From: Octopus sinensis
Lineage: Eukaryota
Reading direction: 5' to 3'
DNA: 64,000 nucleotides
NCBI RefSeq assembly: GCF_006345805.1
Contig: NC_043008.1
Span: 68,944,001 to 69,008,000, forward strand
Shown: piece by piece, positions 1-15,172 of the stretch
Position numbering within the stretch: position 1 is the first letter of the stretch
Layout: the number at the start of each line of letters is the position of its first letter
Position numbers and translations under genes: made by a program
Notes under the pieces: model-generated
The model's input: only the letters and a program-made list of their open reading frames with translations
Database searches by the model: none
Told to the model about the DNA's origin: nothing

Positions 1-131
1 ATATATATATATATATTATGTCCATTTTTATTTGTTTCTTTATGTGCATATTTATCTATGAATCTATGGTTATATCATATATTAATACATACACAGACAC
101 GTATCATGTATGTATATATAAATACACACAC

Positions 132-227
<96 letters not shown>

Positions 228-1024
228 ATGTAATATATATATAATATATATAGTATGTATGTATGTATGTATACACCCACATATTTATGCACACATATAC
301 ACATAGATATAAAATATTGATATTTTTGTATCAGCTTCTGACACCAAGCGTGTAAATCATATTGAAAACTTTTTTGTTTCCCCAGAAAAAGAAAAGAATA
401 TAAAAATGAAATGCATCGTCATGGTCGTCGTCGTCGTCATCAATAACATCAGAAACAATAACAACAATAACAATGACAACAACCATTGCAACAAGAGAAA
501 ATGAAAAACAAATACAAAACTCCCTGCGGATCTTCAGCCTAATTAGAGTTCGTCAATAATAAAGAATAAACCAATACATATGCACACACACACACGCATG
601 CGCGCACACATGTACATACATGCACATATAGACATACATCCGTCCATCCACACACACAGAAACACGCATAAATAAATAAATATTTATAGATATATACATA
701 CATGTGCACACATACATATATATGATATATATATATGTGTGTATGTGTACATGCATTTATGCATGTAACATATATACTGACAAAGACGCACGTAGATATT
801 TTATGCACAGGAATACGTAGAGGAGCATGCATTTATGTATGCATATATGCATACGTTTGAAATTTACATATAGACGAATAAATACTCAACATATAGTTGT
901 ATGGTGTGATTATTTTTCATCCATTGCTGACATTACATCTCTGCTATTACTCCGAGTTTCGCTTCTGTCTTCATTGACACACACAGACAAGCACATTATA
1001 CACAATTTTGTATAAATGCATATT

Positions 1025-1108
<84 letters not shown>

Positions 1109-2345
1109 GTTTACGTATGCATATATGAATGTATAAATGCATCTATATCGATTCATAATATGTGTTTATGTGAAAATATAGTGTACAGACATGATGCATG
1201 TGTGTACAGCAATTGAAACAAGAAAGAAATTGTACTGAATGTAATAGGAGTGTACACACACACACGCGCGTACACACACACGCGCGTACACACACACGCG
1301 CGTACACACACACGCGCGCACACACACATATGTATGTCTATTCAAATATAATGCATATGTATGTATCTGTCTGTCTATCTGCCTATCTATCTATATGTAT
1401 ATATGCGTGTGTAATGATATGTGTCGTATATAATGGCGACATATATATATATATGTCTCTAAATACATATTTATGTAAATTTTTAGAAATGTGTATACAT
1501 ACATACATACCTACATAAATAATATATACATGAAAGAACTTGTACACATATATACACACTCATATAATGTATGTATGTATGTATGTATGTATGTATGTAT
1601 GTATGTATGTATGTATATGTATGTATCAATGTATAATAGATGATTTTTGCTGGTGAAATGCTTCTTTCGCTGCTAAAGTTTTGTCTAGCTTCAGGTGAAT
1701 CTATCATCTTGAAATTCTAATCTATTTGTCATGTCCAACGGTACTATTTAATATCTGGTCAATATGGAGACTGCAACATTTACACTTCGATAAACATATG
1801 TGCTGTTACAGGTGGCAAAAATTCCTTCCCGCTTTCACCTCCAAATTTACTAAATATGGAAAGCTCGTCCATTTTCTCGCAGTAGATTAAAGTTTCAACC
1901 TCCTCCATCATTTTCTCTCTCTCTTTCTCTCTCTCTCGCTAGTTCACTCTTCATTTTCTTCCTATGTATTAATTCATATACTCCCCTGAGATATATTTTC
2001 TTTTTAATAAATACCGTAATCTTTTCGACTATTTTGATATATTTATATATTTATACATTATACCTTGTCAAAAGAATTTATTAATGTCCATATATGGCAA
2101 GGGGATGGCAGAATCAACAGAGCGTCAGATAACATTGTCCTTGACACTTACTTACATGCCTCTTTACGTCCTGAGTTCAAATCCCGCTGAACTTGACTTT
2201 TAGACATCATCCTCCCTAAATCAATAAACTAAAAACGAAGTGTGATATACTTGGCAATATTCTGAAAGGTACTTGCCCACAAATAGCAGAAGTGCGATGA
2301 TTGACACCACAAAAGGAACATTTTCTTTTACATGCTTTAGACATT

Positions 2346-2622
2346 AGACTGCGGCCATGCTGGGGCACCGCTTTGAAAAGTTTTAGTCGAGCAAATCAAA
2401 CCCAGAACTTATTTCTTTTAAGCCTAGTACTTATTCTATCTGTCTGTTTTGCCGAACCGTTAAGTTACAGGGACGTAAACACACCAACACCAGTGGTGAA
2501 GCAGTGATGGAGGACAAACACGGATGTAAACACACACACACAAACACACACTTATATATACAATATATATATATATATATGAGACAGGCTTCTTTCGGTT
2601 TCCGTCTACCAAATCCACTCAT
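2346..2622 (-). mobile_element. Partial copy of the same SINE
   Basis: Shares GACTGCGGCCATGCTGG and TTTCCGTCTACCAAATCCACTC with 8395-8780. Confidence 0.8.
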
Positions 2623-2705
2623 ACGCACGCACACACACACTCACATATACACACACACACACATATATACACACACCTACATTTGAATGGATGTATGCAT
2701 GCATG

Positions 2706-2739
<34 letters not shown>

Positions 2740-3140
2740 TGTATGTATGTATGTATGTATGTATGTATGAATATATGTATTTAATCTACCTAGGAGAAGG
2801 AAATCTCCCTTGGGTCAATAGCTGGGAGTAGTGAGGTGCAAATTACACCCACTGAAAAATAATTCCTATGCACAGGTACTTCTTGTACACCGAATCTTAG
2901 TAAATGTATGGAACATAGTAAAACATGAGAGTTAGTTAAACTGACTCTCTAACGTTCTTCCAGTCACTCAGCAGGCAAAAAAGAGTAAAGCTGCGCTGGA
3001 CTAGCGTCCCATCCAGGTGGGGGAATTTGTACGCCATGGAAACTGGGAAACCGGCCCTTATGAGTCGGCATGACTTGAGGAGGTAACCGTTGTTTTTACT
3101 TAATTACACGCAGACACACACACACACACAGAGGCACAAA

Positions 3141-3177
<37 letters not shown>

Positions 3178-3953
3178 TCAGTCAGTTTCACTTTCCGTGT
3201 CATCGTCGTCGTAGTTGTTTAGAACTAGGATTTCCCTGATCGAATACAACTATTATAAAGTGTATTCCAGTCTACATTTTTGTATATCTTAGACTAAATT
3301 GAATAACGGCGGCTCACCAGTTTAGCACGGTAAGAGTATAATTTGCAGACGTTTGGCTACTATTTCTGAGAAGTAGATCGATCACGTAAAGATTCGTATG
3401 TATCTCTGTAAGGTATAAAGTTCAAAATTGAAATTCAAATTTACATTATGTTTTCTAGCAATTTTTTTCTTTTGTAATTTAAACCTTATTGTTATCGAAT
3501 GAGTAACAATGTAAGTTATTGTAAGAAAGAGGAAGCTTAGAAATACACAGAAATCTTATCTATTCATTTATACGTTAGTTTTTTTTTTTTTTTCGTTTTT
3601 TGCCTTTGGTTTTGGTTTTGGTTTTGATATTCGATTTTATAGTTGAGTTTTGCAGTAGAAAAAAGTTAAGTCATGAAGAGAGAAAGATAATGGGTGGGAA
3701 AAGGTGTGGTGGTACTGGGGGATGGGGCTGGTGCTTACTGGTGGCGGGGCGGGGGAAGGAAGATTACAACTTTGTTCTTATCTTGAATTCATAACAAGAT
3801 GTATTCTTTCATTGAAAGTTCAATTTTTCACTTGTGAAGAAATCTCTTTCGTTGCTAAAGTTCTTAAATATCCCTTTTAGTCAAGATATTTAGAACATAA
3901 TCTACACTTTTCTGTCTTTCTATGTTGTTCTCTTTATGTTCACGTATATATAT

Positions 3954-3985
<32 letters not shown>

Positions 3986-3986
3986 C

Positions 3987-4019
<33 letters not shown>

Positions 4020-4064
4020 TATATATGCATATATATATACATATATATATGTATATATATATAC

Positions 4065-4135
<71 letters not shown>

Positions 4136-4245
4136 TATATGTATGCATATATATATACATATAAATACATATACACATATTTATACACAAATATAAATAT
4201 GTATGTATACACATATGTATATATGTATATATATATATATGTGTG

Positions 4246-4289
<44 letters not shown>

Positions 4290-4743
4290 CACACATATAA
4301 ACTACGTGCATATGTATACGCACACACATATGCACATATACAAATTCCTGTGAATAGAAACAAAAGTGAGCTGAGAGAAGTAGCTAAGAGTGGCCAGTGG
4401 CGTGTATTTGAAGAACATACATAAATGAAGATATATCAAATACTATACAACATAATTTCTTGATTTCTTAAAATTATCGTCGCCTCTAGAGGATGTGTGC
4501 CTGTCACCAAATGGCAAGCGTGATCAGCTCTGTATGAAAAGAGGAGATTATCGCAAGAATTAAGAATTATCCAATCTTGACATGCCCATAAGGAAAGAGC
4601 CAATCTTATTGTTTGGATATAAGATGACAGTTATGGATACTTGTTTCTTCCTCAATAAGCACTTTCATTAAGACAACTCTAACCGCAAAGTGACTTAGAC
4701 GTATGCAGTGGTGAGTGGACTACACATACGTGATGATAACTAC

Positions 4744-4744
<1 letters not shown>

Positions 4745-4803
<59 letters not shown>

Positions 4804-4871
4804 GTCTGTGTGTGTGTGTGTGTCTGTCTGTCTGTCTGTCTGTCTGTATTTCTGTCTGTCTGCCTGCCTGC

Positions 4872-4953
<82 letters not shown>

Positions 4954-5021
4954 GTCTGTGTGTGTGTGTGTGTCTGTCTGTCTGTCTGTCTGTCTGTATT
5001 TCTGTCTGTCTGCCTGCCTGC

Positions 5022-5092
<71 letters not shown>
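4745..5092. repeat. Duplicated 150-bp compound microsatellite (TATC)n-(GT)n-(CTGT)n
   Basis: 4801-4870 is repeated at 4951-5020. Confidence 0.9.
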
Positions 5093-5093
<1 letters not shown>

Positions 5094-5227
5094 ACGATCC
5101 CTTTTGATCGAAACTTCCCCTTCCCTTTTTTTTTTTTTTTTTTTTTTTTTTAAACCTTCAAAAGAAAAGCTCTACCTTGTAATTTGTTCTATCTGTGTGC
5201 AGCCCTGTGTGGCTAATAAAGAAACAT
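5093..5227 (+). mobile_element. 3'-terminal stub (about 135 bp) of the same Tx1-like LINE
   Basis: Matches 47836-47994 (ACGATCCCTTTTGATCGA ... GTGCAGCCCTGTGTGGCTAATAAAGAAACAT); (ATCT)n on both sides. Confidence 0.85.
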
Positions 5228-5609
5228 ATCTATCTATCTATCTATCTATCTATCTGTCTGTCTGTCTATCTAGCTATCTATCTGTATATCTTTCTGTCCG
5301 TCTATCTGTCTGTCACAGTATCGACTAGATTATCGGATGTTGCTATACATCACTGGTCACAATGCGTTCCACATTGCTTTTGTTTACAAGTGACGCCTGC
5401 CTGCTGGCTAGGTGATTAGGTCAACGTTTCCCCTGATCGGTATACAATTCTTTCACAAGGTTACCCGTTCACAGCTGAGTAGATTTAAGTAAAACAAAAT
5501 GAAGTGTTTTGCTCAAGAATACAACGAACCGCCCGATCAGGATATCGAACCCATGATCTAGCGAGTGAGCACAATACTGGATCCACCAGGACACCAACTG
5601 CCGATATAC

Positions 5610-5779
<170 letters not shown>

Positions 5780-5805
5780 ATATACACACATATACATATA
5801 TATAT

Positions 5806-5846
<41 letters not shown>

Positions 5847-5859
5847 TTGTATTTGTCTG

Positions 5860-8240
5860 GTATTTGACTTTGTCTAAAACCCTGTTTGAAACTATAATTT
5901 AAATTTACAGACATAGTGCGCCAGAGGAAACGTGTTGGGTTTTGCATCTTTAATCATGGAAATGTTTCACCTACATCACCCTTCTACGCCTTTGAGTTGG
6001 TTTTCACTAATCACGACAAATGCTGGTTCGACAAAAAGACATAGCTTAGCAATGTTCGCATACCGAATTGATGTGACCAGAGAGGTTTTATCGCACTGTT
6101 TGTGTCTCGGGTCCACAATAAGCGAAGGCACTTCCGTACGTGAAGAGTTTACTCTGGAGAGACAATGTGTTCTGAAATAGATTGTTCAACCGCACTTTGC
6201 CATTTCCTAAAATGTCCTGATGAATATAGTCACTGTGACCCAACATTAATTCTTTTCAGAATACAAAGTTTCATCTACGATTGTCTTGATATTTGAGAAC
6301 TGTGAGCATCTAACAGAATTTTTGCTGCCACTAACTCAATCTTGATCTCCACTTCACCTACGGCTACAGTTCCATCGAAGAGTCCAGCTGTGAGAAAACA
6401 CACTTACCAAACGGGAACCACATCTACTCACAGTTCAGGAATCGTTGCAGACACCGAAGCTCCTGCATATGCCTGCACTTCATCAACTTTTGGATAACCT
6501 AGAGAAAGAAACGATAGCTTTTTAATCGAGGAGAGAGAAGAATCAAATATGTTAACCCCCAAAACGCAATGTTCAGCAACAGTTTATTTAGAGCTAAATG
6601 AACACTGGTACAATCATCTGTACGAAGAATAGAAGCAACTGATAAACCTTCTGACCCCTAGAATGCACTATTTCCGTAAGAATTAAGAGAACAGGCAATC
6701 TAATGAAGACACAACTTTGATTCGGTAGTAAATGAAGGAGGTTCTGTAAGCCTTGGTCACCTCTGACTAAGCATTTAAGCCTAGATTTTTATACAGCATA
6801 TTTCTGAGATTGACGCTTCTGTTAGTAATCGCATTCCAGTTCATGTCAACCTGAAACTCTGGTTGTAACCAAACCCCATGCATCTTAAGCCAGACCGTCG
6901 GTCGAGTAACTTGAAAGACTGACCATCGAAGCCTTGTGTCTCCAGAAGCGGAACTTCAAGGTCCTCCGACTTGACTTGCGTAAAGCATGCTTCTATTACC
7001 GTGTTATATCAGAATGAACCTCAATCATATCATGGTGACATCATCTACAGATACCGATATGGCATTCTCACGACACAGTTGGAAAAGGATGTCCTTCAAT
7101 ACCTCCGAAGTAATGGCTTGAGAACTAACGTATATGAAAACGACGAGAGCCTACACCTTTAATGGGCAGTGTGTGTATGTGTTTAGAACTAATACATTGA
7201 GCCCTCTGTGTACTGCTGTACATAGAAGCGATCACAGGAATCTGATAGCAAGGCCGAAACAAGTTTCACTGAGGACAGTGCTACGTAGCGGTGCACTTAT
7301 CAAATATATAAAGTTCCTACCAGATGTATTACTCGCCTGTAGTACAATGTAAACGTAAGGTGATTGATGTGGAAAAATCCGACAGGAATCGTGCAGGGAT
7401 GCACTTTCCTGACCACACTACCATCGTCTTCTTGATCATCTCAGCCAAAAGTTTAACTGCAATGTGAGCTGAAAATGCATATTTTCTCATCATCGTTTGA
7501 AACTCTATTCCTCAGCATCAGGGTCACCAATCCTGGGTTGAGACAGCCGTGAGTGTTCCTAGCTTTGCTTTCCGCTGTAATAAATATATGTCAAGAAGTG
7601 CGGAAGGTGATGAGAAATGGAACTAAAATATAGAAAAAATCTTCATAAAATTTGCTGGGGCTCAGCGTTTTCCCCCTCTACCGTCACCTTCATGCTCATG
7701 TGGTACTTAATGAAGTTGATGAGGACCTGTCCCAAGAGGAAAGGCTTTCTCCTCAAGCTTTTGGACCACGTCTATCATACACCTTCCTTTGCTATGAGCA
7801 CCAGGTAATATAAATCTCACCTGTTCTTTGCTGTTAAAAAGAAGGAGGGTTTGATCGTCACAGTAATCTCGGTTGACAGCCAGATAATCCCCTAACACAT
7901 GAGATAACGGCTGTTCATTTAGCTGTCAGTAAAATCCCTCCTACATGTAATAACAGCTATTCACTTGGCTGAAAGTCAGATCCCTCTCACATGTGGTAAT
8001 AACAGTTCGGCATACAAGAACAAATTAATATGGATACTGAACCAGTTCATGTGGGACAATTCTTCATGAAATGACCATTTCGGGAGGTTTCGGTTGTCAG
8101 CAGCTCTAAAATGAACATTGTTGTAAGTTTTATCCACCCCACCAAAAACAAAACAAAACAAAAAAATTCCCATTGTATTGTAGTGCTTGGCGAAGTACTT
8201 TTGGAAATCATCCATGCTGCCCATTCTGAAAAGACTCCAA
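5860..8240 (-). mobile_element. Highly decayed L1/Tx1-like LINE ORF2 relic
   Basis: Scattered minus-strand remnants (GFDGQSFKLL about 6935-6905; endonuclease C-terminal-like SGRNFIYL..CDR about 7320-7225), with many stops and frameshifts. Boundaries are approximate. Confidence 0.4.
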
Positions 8241-8251
8241 ACTGCTTAATC

Positions 8252-8908
8252 AAGTGGTTCTCAAGCGGGGTCCACATGGCACTTCGAGGTTCACATAAGG
8301 TTCTCTTGTCCAAATGTATCTCTAATTAATTCTGCACCACACAAAATATTTTAACAATTTAGGTGGACAATTTCTCTTTTATCTTTTTTACTTAATTCAG
8401 TCATTTGACTGCGGCCATGCTGGAGCACCACCTTTAGTCGAGCTAATCGACCCTAGGACTTATTCTTTGTAAGCCTAGTACTTATTCTATCGTTCTCCTT
8501 TTGCCTAACCGTTAAGTTACGGGGACGTAAACACACCAGCATCGGTTGTCAAGCGATGTTAGGGGAACAAACACAGACACACAAACATATACACACACGT
8601 ACATATACATATATACAACGGGCTTCTTTCAGTTTCCGTCTACCAAATCCCCTCACAAGGCTTTAGTCGGCCCGAGGCTATAGTAGAAGACACTTGCCCA
8701 AGGTGCCACGCAGTGGGAATGAACCCGGAACCACGTGTTTGGTAAGCAAGCTACTTACCACACAGCCACTCCTGCGCCTACAATTCCTAATAATATTTAA
8801 TTATAAAAATATAGCAGAACTTTTTAAAAGTTCGAAGGGCTAGGAGGGTTCATCCCAGTTAAAATAGGAACCAGAGGGGTCCATAACTAAGAGATGGTTG
8901 AGAAACTT
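8252..8908. mobile_element. hAT-like MITE carrying a nested SINE
   Basis: Ends AAGTGGTTCTCAAG.. and ..GGTTGAGAAACTT with GGGGTCCA subterminal motifs, as in the 50251 element. Confidence 0.6.
8395..8780 (-). mobile_element. Full-length tRNA-derived CORE-type SINE (Octopus OR-like family)
   Basis: Minus strand: GGCGCAGGAGTGGCTGTGTGGTAAG head, B-box-like GGTTCATTCCC, CORE-like GGCACCTTGGGCAAGTG, tail CCAGCATGGCCGCAGTCAAATGACTGAA. Confidence 0.85.
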
Positions 8909-9707
8909 AAACTTTCTACATCGATGCCTAGAATAACTCCCGTACCATCGTCGTTCATAACATCCACAAACAGTTTATAGAGAAGTGCTTCTCAAACATT
9001 TTAACTATCGGCGTCTCCTTTTTTTTGTCTTTTTTTACTAACGCTTCTTCAATGTCCCTTCAGCAAATTTTAACACATCACAAAAAATTACTGCTGACAT
9101 GTTGGCCACCATTAAAAAGCTAATTGCAAATAAATCATCCATTCAATATAATATGGAATGTCAAAATAACATTTCGGCCTCTAGCATTACCAGATCATTC
9201 ACACGCAGAAAAAAAACCTGAAAATATTTTTGAAAATTAGGCCTATTAAAAGACGCGTCTATTGTCCTCGCTACCACCCACTTGTCACCAGTATGCATAT
9301 AAAATCTTCTGTGAATTCCAACTGAGTGATGGGTAGTTCCGCCTACTTAGAGAAACACTGCTTTCTAGAATGTTAGAGCTGATTTTTCCACTGACCGCAT
9401 TATACAGCTGGTACAGTGCAGCTAGTTTCTGAAAACATCCCATATTACTAATGTTCTTTTTTTGTTTTAGGTAAACACAGGGCCTCAAATTGGGTGAGGG
9501 TTAAGTTGATGTAATCGAACACCTGTATTTGATGGCTCTTCCATTTTATCAATCCCAGAAACATGAAAAGCAAAGTTGAAATCGGTGAGATCTTGAACTC
9601 AAGAAGATAAAGAGATTAGTGCTCTATCCTAGATGAGATTTATCTCTCATCTGTTTGACACAGAGGTTAATAACCTATGCCGACTCTGGCAAAAGAGAGA
9701 AAGAAAG

Positions 9708-9744
<37 letters not shown>

Positions 9745-10330
9745 GGAAAGAAAGAGAGAAAGAAAGAGAGCGGGAGAGAGAGGATGAGATAGAGTGAAGG
9801 AGAAGTAGAGAGAGGAAGAGAGTGATAGACAGAAAGACAGAGACAGAGGGGGAGAGTGTGAGAGAGAGACAGAGAGACAGAGAATGAGAGAGAGAGAGAG
9901 AGAATGAGAGAAGAAAGTGATATTGGCCTGCTGACCGTGGTTAATCACAACATCGAAACCACAACACGTAGTTCTACGACGATCATATATGACATATTTA
10001 TGACGTCGTTGTTGGATTAACTATAAAACTCAACATTGACTGTCAAAGATAAACGACACAACATTTAATGAGGTCAGACTAATTAGCCTATTCGAAAGAA
10101 CGAAACGTGAAGAATAAATTTGTGAGTGTACGTGTGTATGTGAGTATGTGGGTGTTTGTGTGTGTGTGTGTGAGTGTGTGTGTGAGTGTCTGGTGTTTGT
10201 GTATGTGTGTCCATGTGTAAATGTGTGGATGTACGTGTTTGTATCTGTACCTATGCATAAATATGTATAAGTAGGTCTGTGTGCAGTACTCTCTAACCAG
10301 TCTTCCGCTCTCTCTGATAGAGTCTATCTG

Positions 10331-10373
<43 letters not shown>

Positions 10374-10639
10374 ACACACACACACACATACACAAATACA
10401 TACACACACACACACACTCTGTCTGTCTCTCTCTCCCTATCTAACAGTTTCTCTCTCCATTTCTCTCATAAACCCATTCTGTCTCGGACGAACTCTCTAT
10501 CTACAACACTCATACCATTGTCTCTATTTTTCTCTCTCTCTCTCAGTGTCTTTCTGTCTCTCCGTTTCTATCTTGTCTCTTTGCCGTTGTCTCTAACTCG
10601 TTCTCTATCATCACAGACTGCATTCTTTCTTTCTTTCCT

Positions 10640-10707
<68 letters not shown>

Positions 10708-11210
10708 TCCTTCTTTCTTTCTTTCTCCTCTTCTCTTCCTCTCTCTACCCCACTTTCTGAATAGAGTGGGATTTGATAGGGCAATGGATTGGAATAGAGC
10801 GGAGGCAGAAATAAAATGTAAAAACCAAAAAAAAAACAAAAAAAAATTTAAAACTAAAAACAAACAAACAAGAAAAACAATGAAAATAAGAGATCGTTAA
10901 GACCAATGACTGGAACGGGATTAAAAATCACGCGCAAGAGAAGCCAATGTCTTGTAGAATGCTAATATCGGTGTTAACTACGTGAGAGAACATTATTTGA
11001 CTGTATTCCTGTTTACAAGGAACTCTGAAAGAGATCAGAGTGGGAAGGAGACCAACAAAATATGAGGGAAAATCATATACATACATATATATATAATATA
11101 TATATATATGTGTGATTGTATATATATATAATATATATATATATATATGTATGTTTGTATGTATATATATATATATATATATAATATATATATATGTGTG
11201 TGTTTGTATG

Positions 11211-11241
<31 letters not shown>

Positions 11242-12547
11242 TATATGTGTGTGTGTGTGTGCGTGTGTGTGTAGTACCAAAGCATAAACACGAATAAGAT
11301 CTCTAAATGAAATTGATATGAATATTGGAACAGACGATTGTTGTAGTCGAAATATCGATCTAGACATATTTTATCGAGGATTATCGCTTTATTGTTCGGA
11401 ATCAAAGTTATAATCTGAAATTTATTGAGAAATTTACGTAATAAACTCACACCCACTTAACTCGAGAGGGCAGGAGAGAGAGTGAGAGAGAGAGAGAGGG
11501 GAGAGAGAGGAGAGAGAGAGGAGAGAGAGAGGAGAGAGAGAGAGTAGAGAGAGAGGAGAGAGAGTAGAGAGAGAGAGGAGAGAGAGAACAAAAAAATATT
11601 GTGGAACTAACATCAAAATGGTTTAATAGCAAAAGGCCAGAAAGTTGAACAAAAAGTGTATTAGTTGAGTAAACCAATCCACATATATTACAGGTATTAT
11701 TTTATTGACCCTATCAATCAGGTGATGATAAAAGACGAAGAATATATTCACTGATTTTCAGTTAAAGAAACTACATGATATAGTTAAAATATATCAATTC
11801 ATTGACTAACAGAAATCTATTAAGATCGTTGGTCGCGGTTTATTCCTTGATTGCAAGGCTTGTATAAGTCGCTGAATTATAACTGGTGAGCTTTCAAATC
11901 AGAGAAATGAAACTCAGTAACGTAGTCAATCAGAAATTTCATTGAACCACTGCTGCTTTCAGCAGTAAAATACACACCACATCGCATGGCATCTATGTAT
12001 TGAATGAATGAATTTACGTAGGTTACGAAGCCTCCACCTTAGTGATATCGTCCGTCCAGGATTTTAAATGTTCAATTAGGTGTCTTGCTATGTTCTGGGT
12101 ACGAATTTAAACTGTATCCAGTAACGAGGCCCTGGTTCTGGAATTCCAGGATTTTGAGAAGTATGGAACCATCCTTTAACCGTTATTGTTCACAGGTCTG
12201 ATCCGGAATAATAGCACCTATCAGGGTCTCGAATAGGAGTTAAATAACATGTAACAACCCGAGCCAGGCTACGTTGAAATGAAGGAATGCAGCATGGTGC
12301 TTGTGAACTATTTCGGTAAGTGTACTTATTGATTCGGTAGTGAATATCACTAAATGCTGAACGGGCGAAGAGATCTACTATCAACGGCCAGGACCAATTA
12401 GGATTTAGGGAAATACTGCCATCTTCTGTAGTGGCATCTCAGATAAAAATTTTCAGCGAACGAAAATCCAGCTGTGCACACAGAAAATTTATTGTTTGCT
12501 GTTTAAGTGACAAATTTTAGAAAGCTATACATGACGAATTTGGTGTC

Positions 12548-12590
12548 TGTTGCTGAAGAAGCATTCCGGCGCAGAAACATGTGTCCTACA
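12548..12590 (+). ncRNA. Degenerate minimal hammerhead motif
   Basis: TGTTG-CTGAAGA-AGC(attccggc)GCA-GAAAC-atgt-GTC-CTACA. Stem I pairs 4 of 5, with an A.A opposition at the base of stem II. A more decayed homolog lies at 12974-13015. Confidence 0.5.
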
Positions 12591-13313
12591 ATCCGATGAC
12601 GTCATTCGCAGCATAGATTTGTTTGTTTTCACACACACATACACACATACGTACATACACACACACACATTCTGTATAGGGAGTGTTTGTCTATCCAAAC
12701 GATTTCTACAGCGAAGGTCTCTTACGTTTTATGTACACAAACGTGTTAAATGCATACCTTTAAACCATCTTTAATGTTTTAAAATTTTGTTTCCTATCGA
12801 GTGGACGTTTTCTTCACTTACCAATGGCGTTCACATGTGTTTTGATAAATAATTCATTCTGATGAATCTACATCGTTTGAATCCAGCTTTCTACACATCA
12901 GAAAAAAAATATATTTATTTTTTTTAGATATAACGGCAGTTCTTAGTGGAGTACAAAATGATGAATTCGGTAGCTGTTAGTGATGAAGCATAATAAGGCA
13001 GAATCATGTTTACAGTTTAGTGACGTCGTTCGTAGCTCAGTCGTGTGTTTTTCAAACACATTGCGTATAAGGAGAATTTCTGCTCAGAGACATGGTCGGC
13101 AGCGATGGTCGTTAAGTCTATACGAACGTGTTAAATGTAATTGTACATATCTTTGAACCAGGTGAGGTGTTTTAAAATAGGTTTCCTAGAAAATGACCAT
13201 TTTCTTTATCTTGCAATGGTGTCCATACATATTAGAACAAAATAATTTCGCCTGAGGAATCTCTAGCTTTCGAGTTGTATTTAAAGTATGACCATTCCAT
13301 CTTTTCTGACATA

Positions 13314-13860
13314 CGAGGGTCGGCTGAAAAGTTCATAAAAGTTCAGTCTGACTATGAAGTGGTGATGCGAGTGATGATGCATACTTTAATTTCAAACCTT
13401 CTTATTGATAACTGTATTGTTTATTGCCAGATAAACTGGCTTCTGAATTCTCAAAGGAGACTTCAAAAGCAACTAGTAGGGACTTCTCTTGAAAATGCAC
13501 AAAATTTGGAATCGTTCTGTTATCAAGTACCTGCAGAAACAAGTTTGTAGTTGTTAAGGAAATGCATGCTCATATCGTTGCTACATTAGGGAATGACACT
13601 CCAATTTTATCAATAATGCAAAAGTGGGCTGCTGAATTTAAGAGGAGAAGAGAGAATCTTGAAGATGACTCAAGTTCAGGACGTCCTGAAAGTTCCATCA
13701 TCGAAGAAAACACTGATTGTGTTTACCACATGGCGGTGAATGACAAGTAATTGACTATAAATCAAATAGTCAATGCTATTAGCATATTTCGTGAGAGATT
13801 TAAGGCCGACCAGAGCCTTGTAAGTGAATTTGGTAGACGGAAACTGAAAGAAGCCCGTCG

Positions 13861-13897
<37 letters not shown>

Positions 13898-14905
13898 ATG
13901 TGTGTGTGTGTGTATGTGTGTGTGTGTATGTTTGTGTGTCTGTGTTTGTCCTCCCAATTTCGCTTAACAACCGATGCTGGTATGTTTACGTCCCCGTAAC
14001 ATAGCGGTTCGGCAAAATGGACCGATAGAATAAGTACTAGGCTTACAAAGAATAAGTCATGGGGTCGATCTGCTCGACTAAAGGCGGTATTCCAGCATGG
14101 CCACAGTCAAATGACTGAAACAAGGAAAAGAACAATGAACTCGGTATGACTAGGTGTCTGCTCGGTGGGTGCCAAGATTACTGACACCTGATCAAAAGCG
14201 CACCAGGCTGATAACATCACGGGAAAATCTGACATTGTTTGAGGCAGATCCAGCTGACGTCCTTGAACGTTTCCTAAGCTAGGATGATCGTTGGCTTCAA
14301 CACTTTGAGCCAAAAATACAATGCATGCAGTGGAAACGCCTCTCCTCTCCAGCTCCAACAGTCTAGGTAGTTTCATCTGCAGAGAAGGTGATAACCTCAG
14401 CTTTTTGGAATGCAAAAGGCGTTGTGCTTATTGATTATCTTCAAAATGGCCTCACCATCAATGGAGAATACTATTCCAACTTCCTGTGGTAGTTACAAAA
14501 GATTATCAAGAACGAATGCCAAGGAAAACCAAGGAAATAAATTTTGTTTCATCAGGACAATGCTCCAACACACAAGACCTTGGTTTCAATGGCTGCTGTG
14601 CGTGAATGTGGCGTTGAACCGGTTGATCACCCTCTTTCCTATTCTCCTGATTTGTCTCCATCTGACTATCATCTTTTGCCCACCATGAAAAAATAGTTGG
14701 CTGGGAACCAGTATCGCAATGATGATGACGTCATATCTGATGTTGACATTTTTGACCAACAGGATGACAGGTTCTTCACCAATGGATACAACAACGATTA
14801 AGAAGCATGTAGATCGCAAGTGGGGCTATGTTGAAAAACAAGCCTCATTTGGTTACATGTCATGAGAGTATTTGGGTACCCTATGAACTTTATGACCGAC
14901 CCTCC
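13314..14905 (+). mobile_element. Mariner DNA transposon relic with a nested SINE
   Basis: TA-flanked TIRs CGAGGGTCGGCTGAAAAGTTCATA / TATGAACTTTATGACCGACCCTCC; transposase remnants QKWAAEFKRRRENLEDD..SGRP, WVPRLLT and YSPDLSPSDYH; disrupted. Confidence 0.9.
13803..14125 (+). mobile_element. SINE copy nested in the mariner
   Basis: GGTAGACGGAAACTGAAAGAAGCCCGTCG ... CAGTCAAATGACTGAAACAAG interrupts the transposase. Confidence 0.85.
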
Positions 14906-15172
14906 TATATCCATGACTATCTTATCTAGATTGTTGCTGTTTAGGCCTGGCTCAGATTTGATCAAGGAAACCGTTCTAGCCTCGACTATCTGGTGTTTTC
15001 TGTAGCTGTATCTAAAATTACATTAACTAATATACCCATCCCTTTTTTTCCAGATGGTTGGGTCTGATTTGACTGAGGTATGTTTGTCACTTTTTAGAAC
15101 GTTGTTCGACCACATACTATTTCACTCGTTTTATTTTTAATACTGTAGTAAAGTGTGTAACCACATTAAAGT

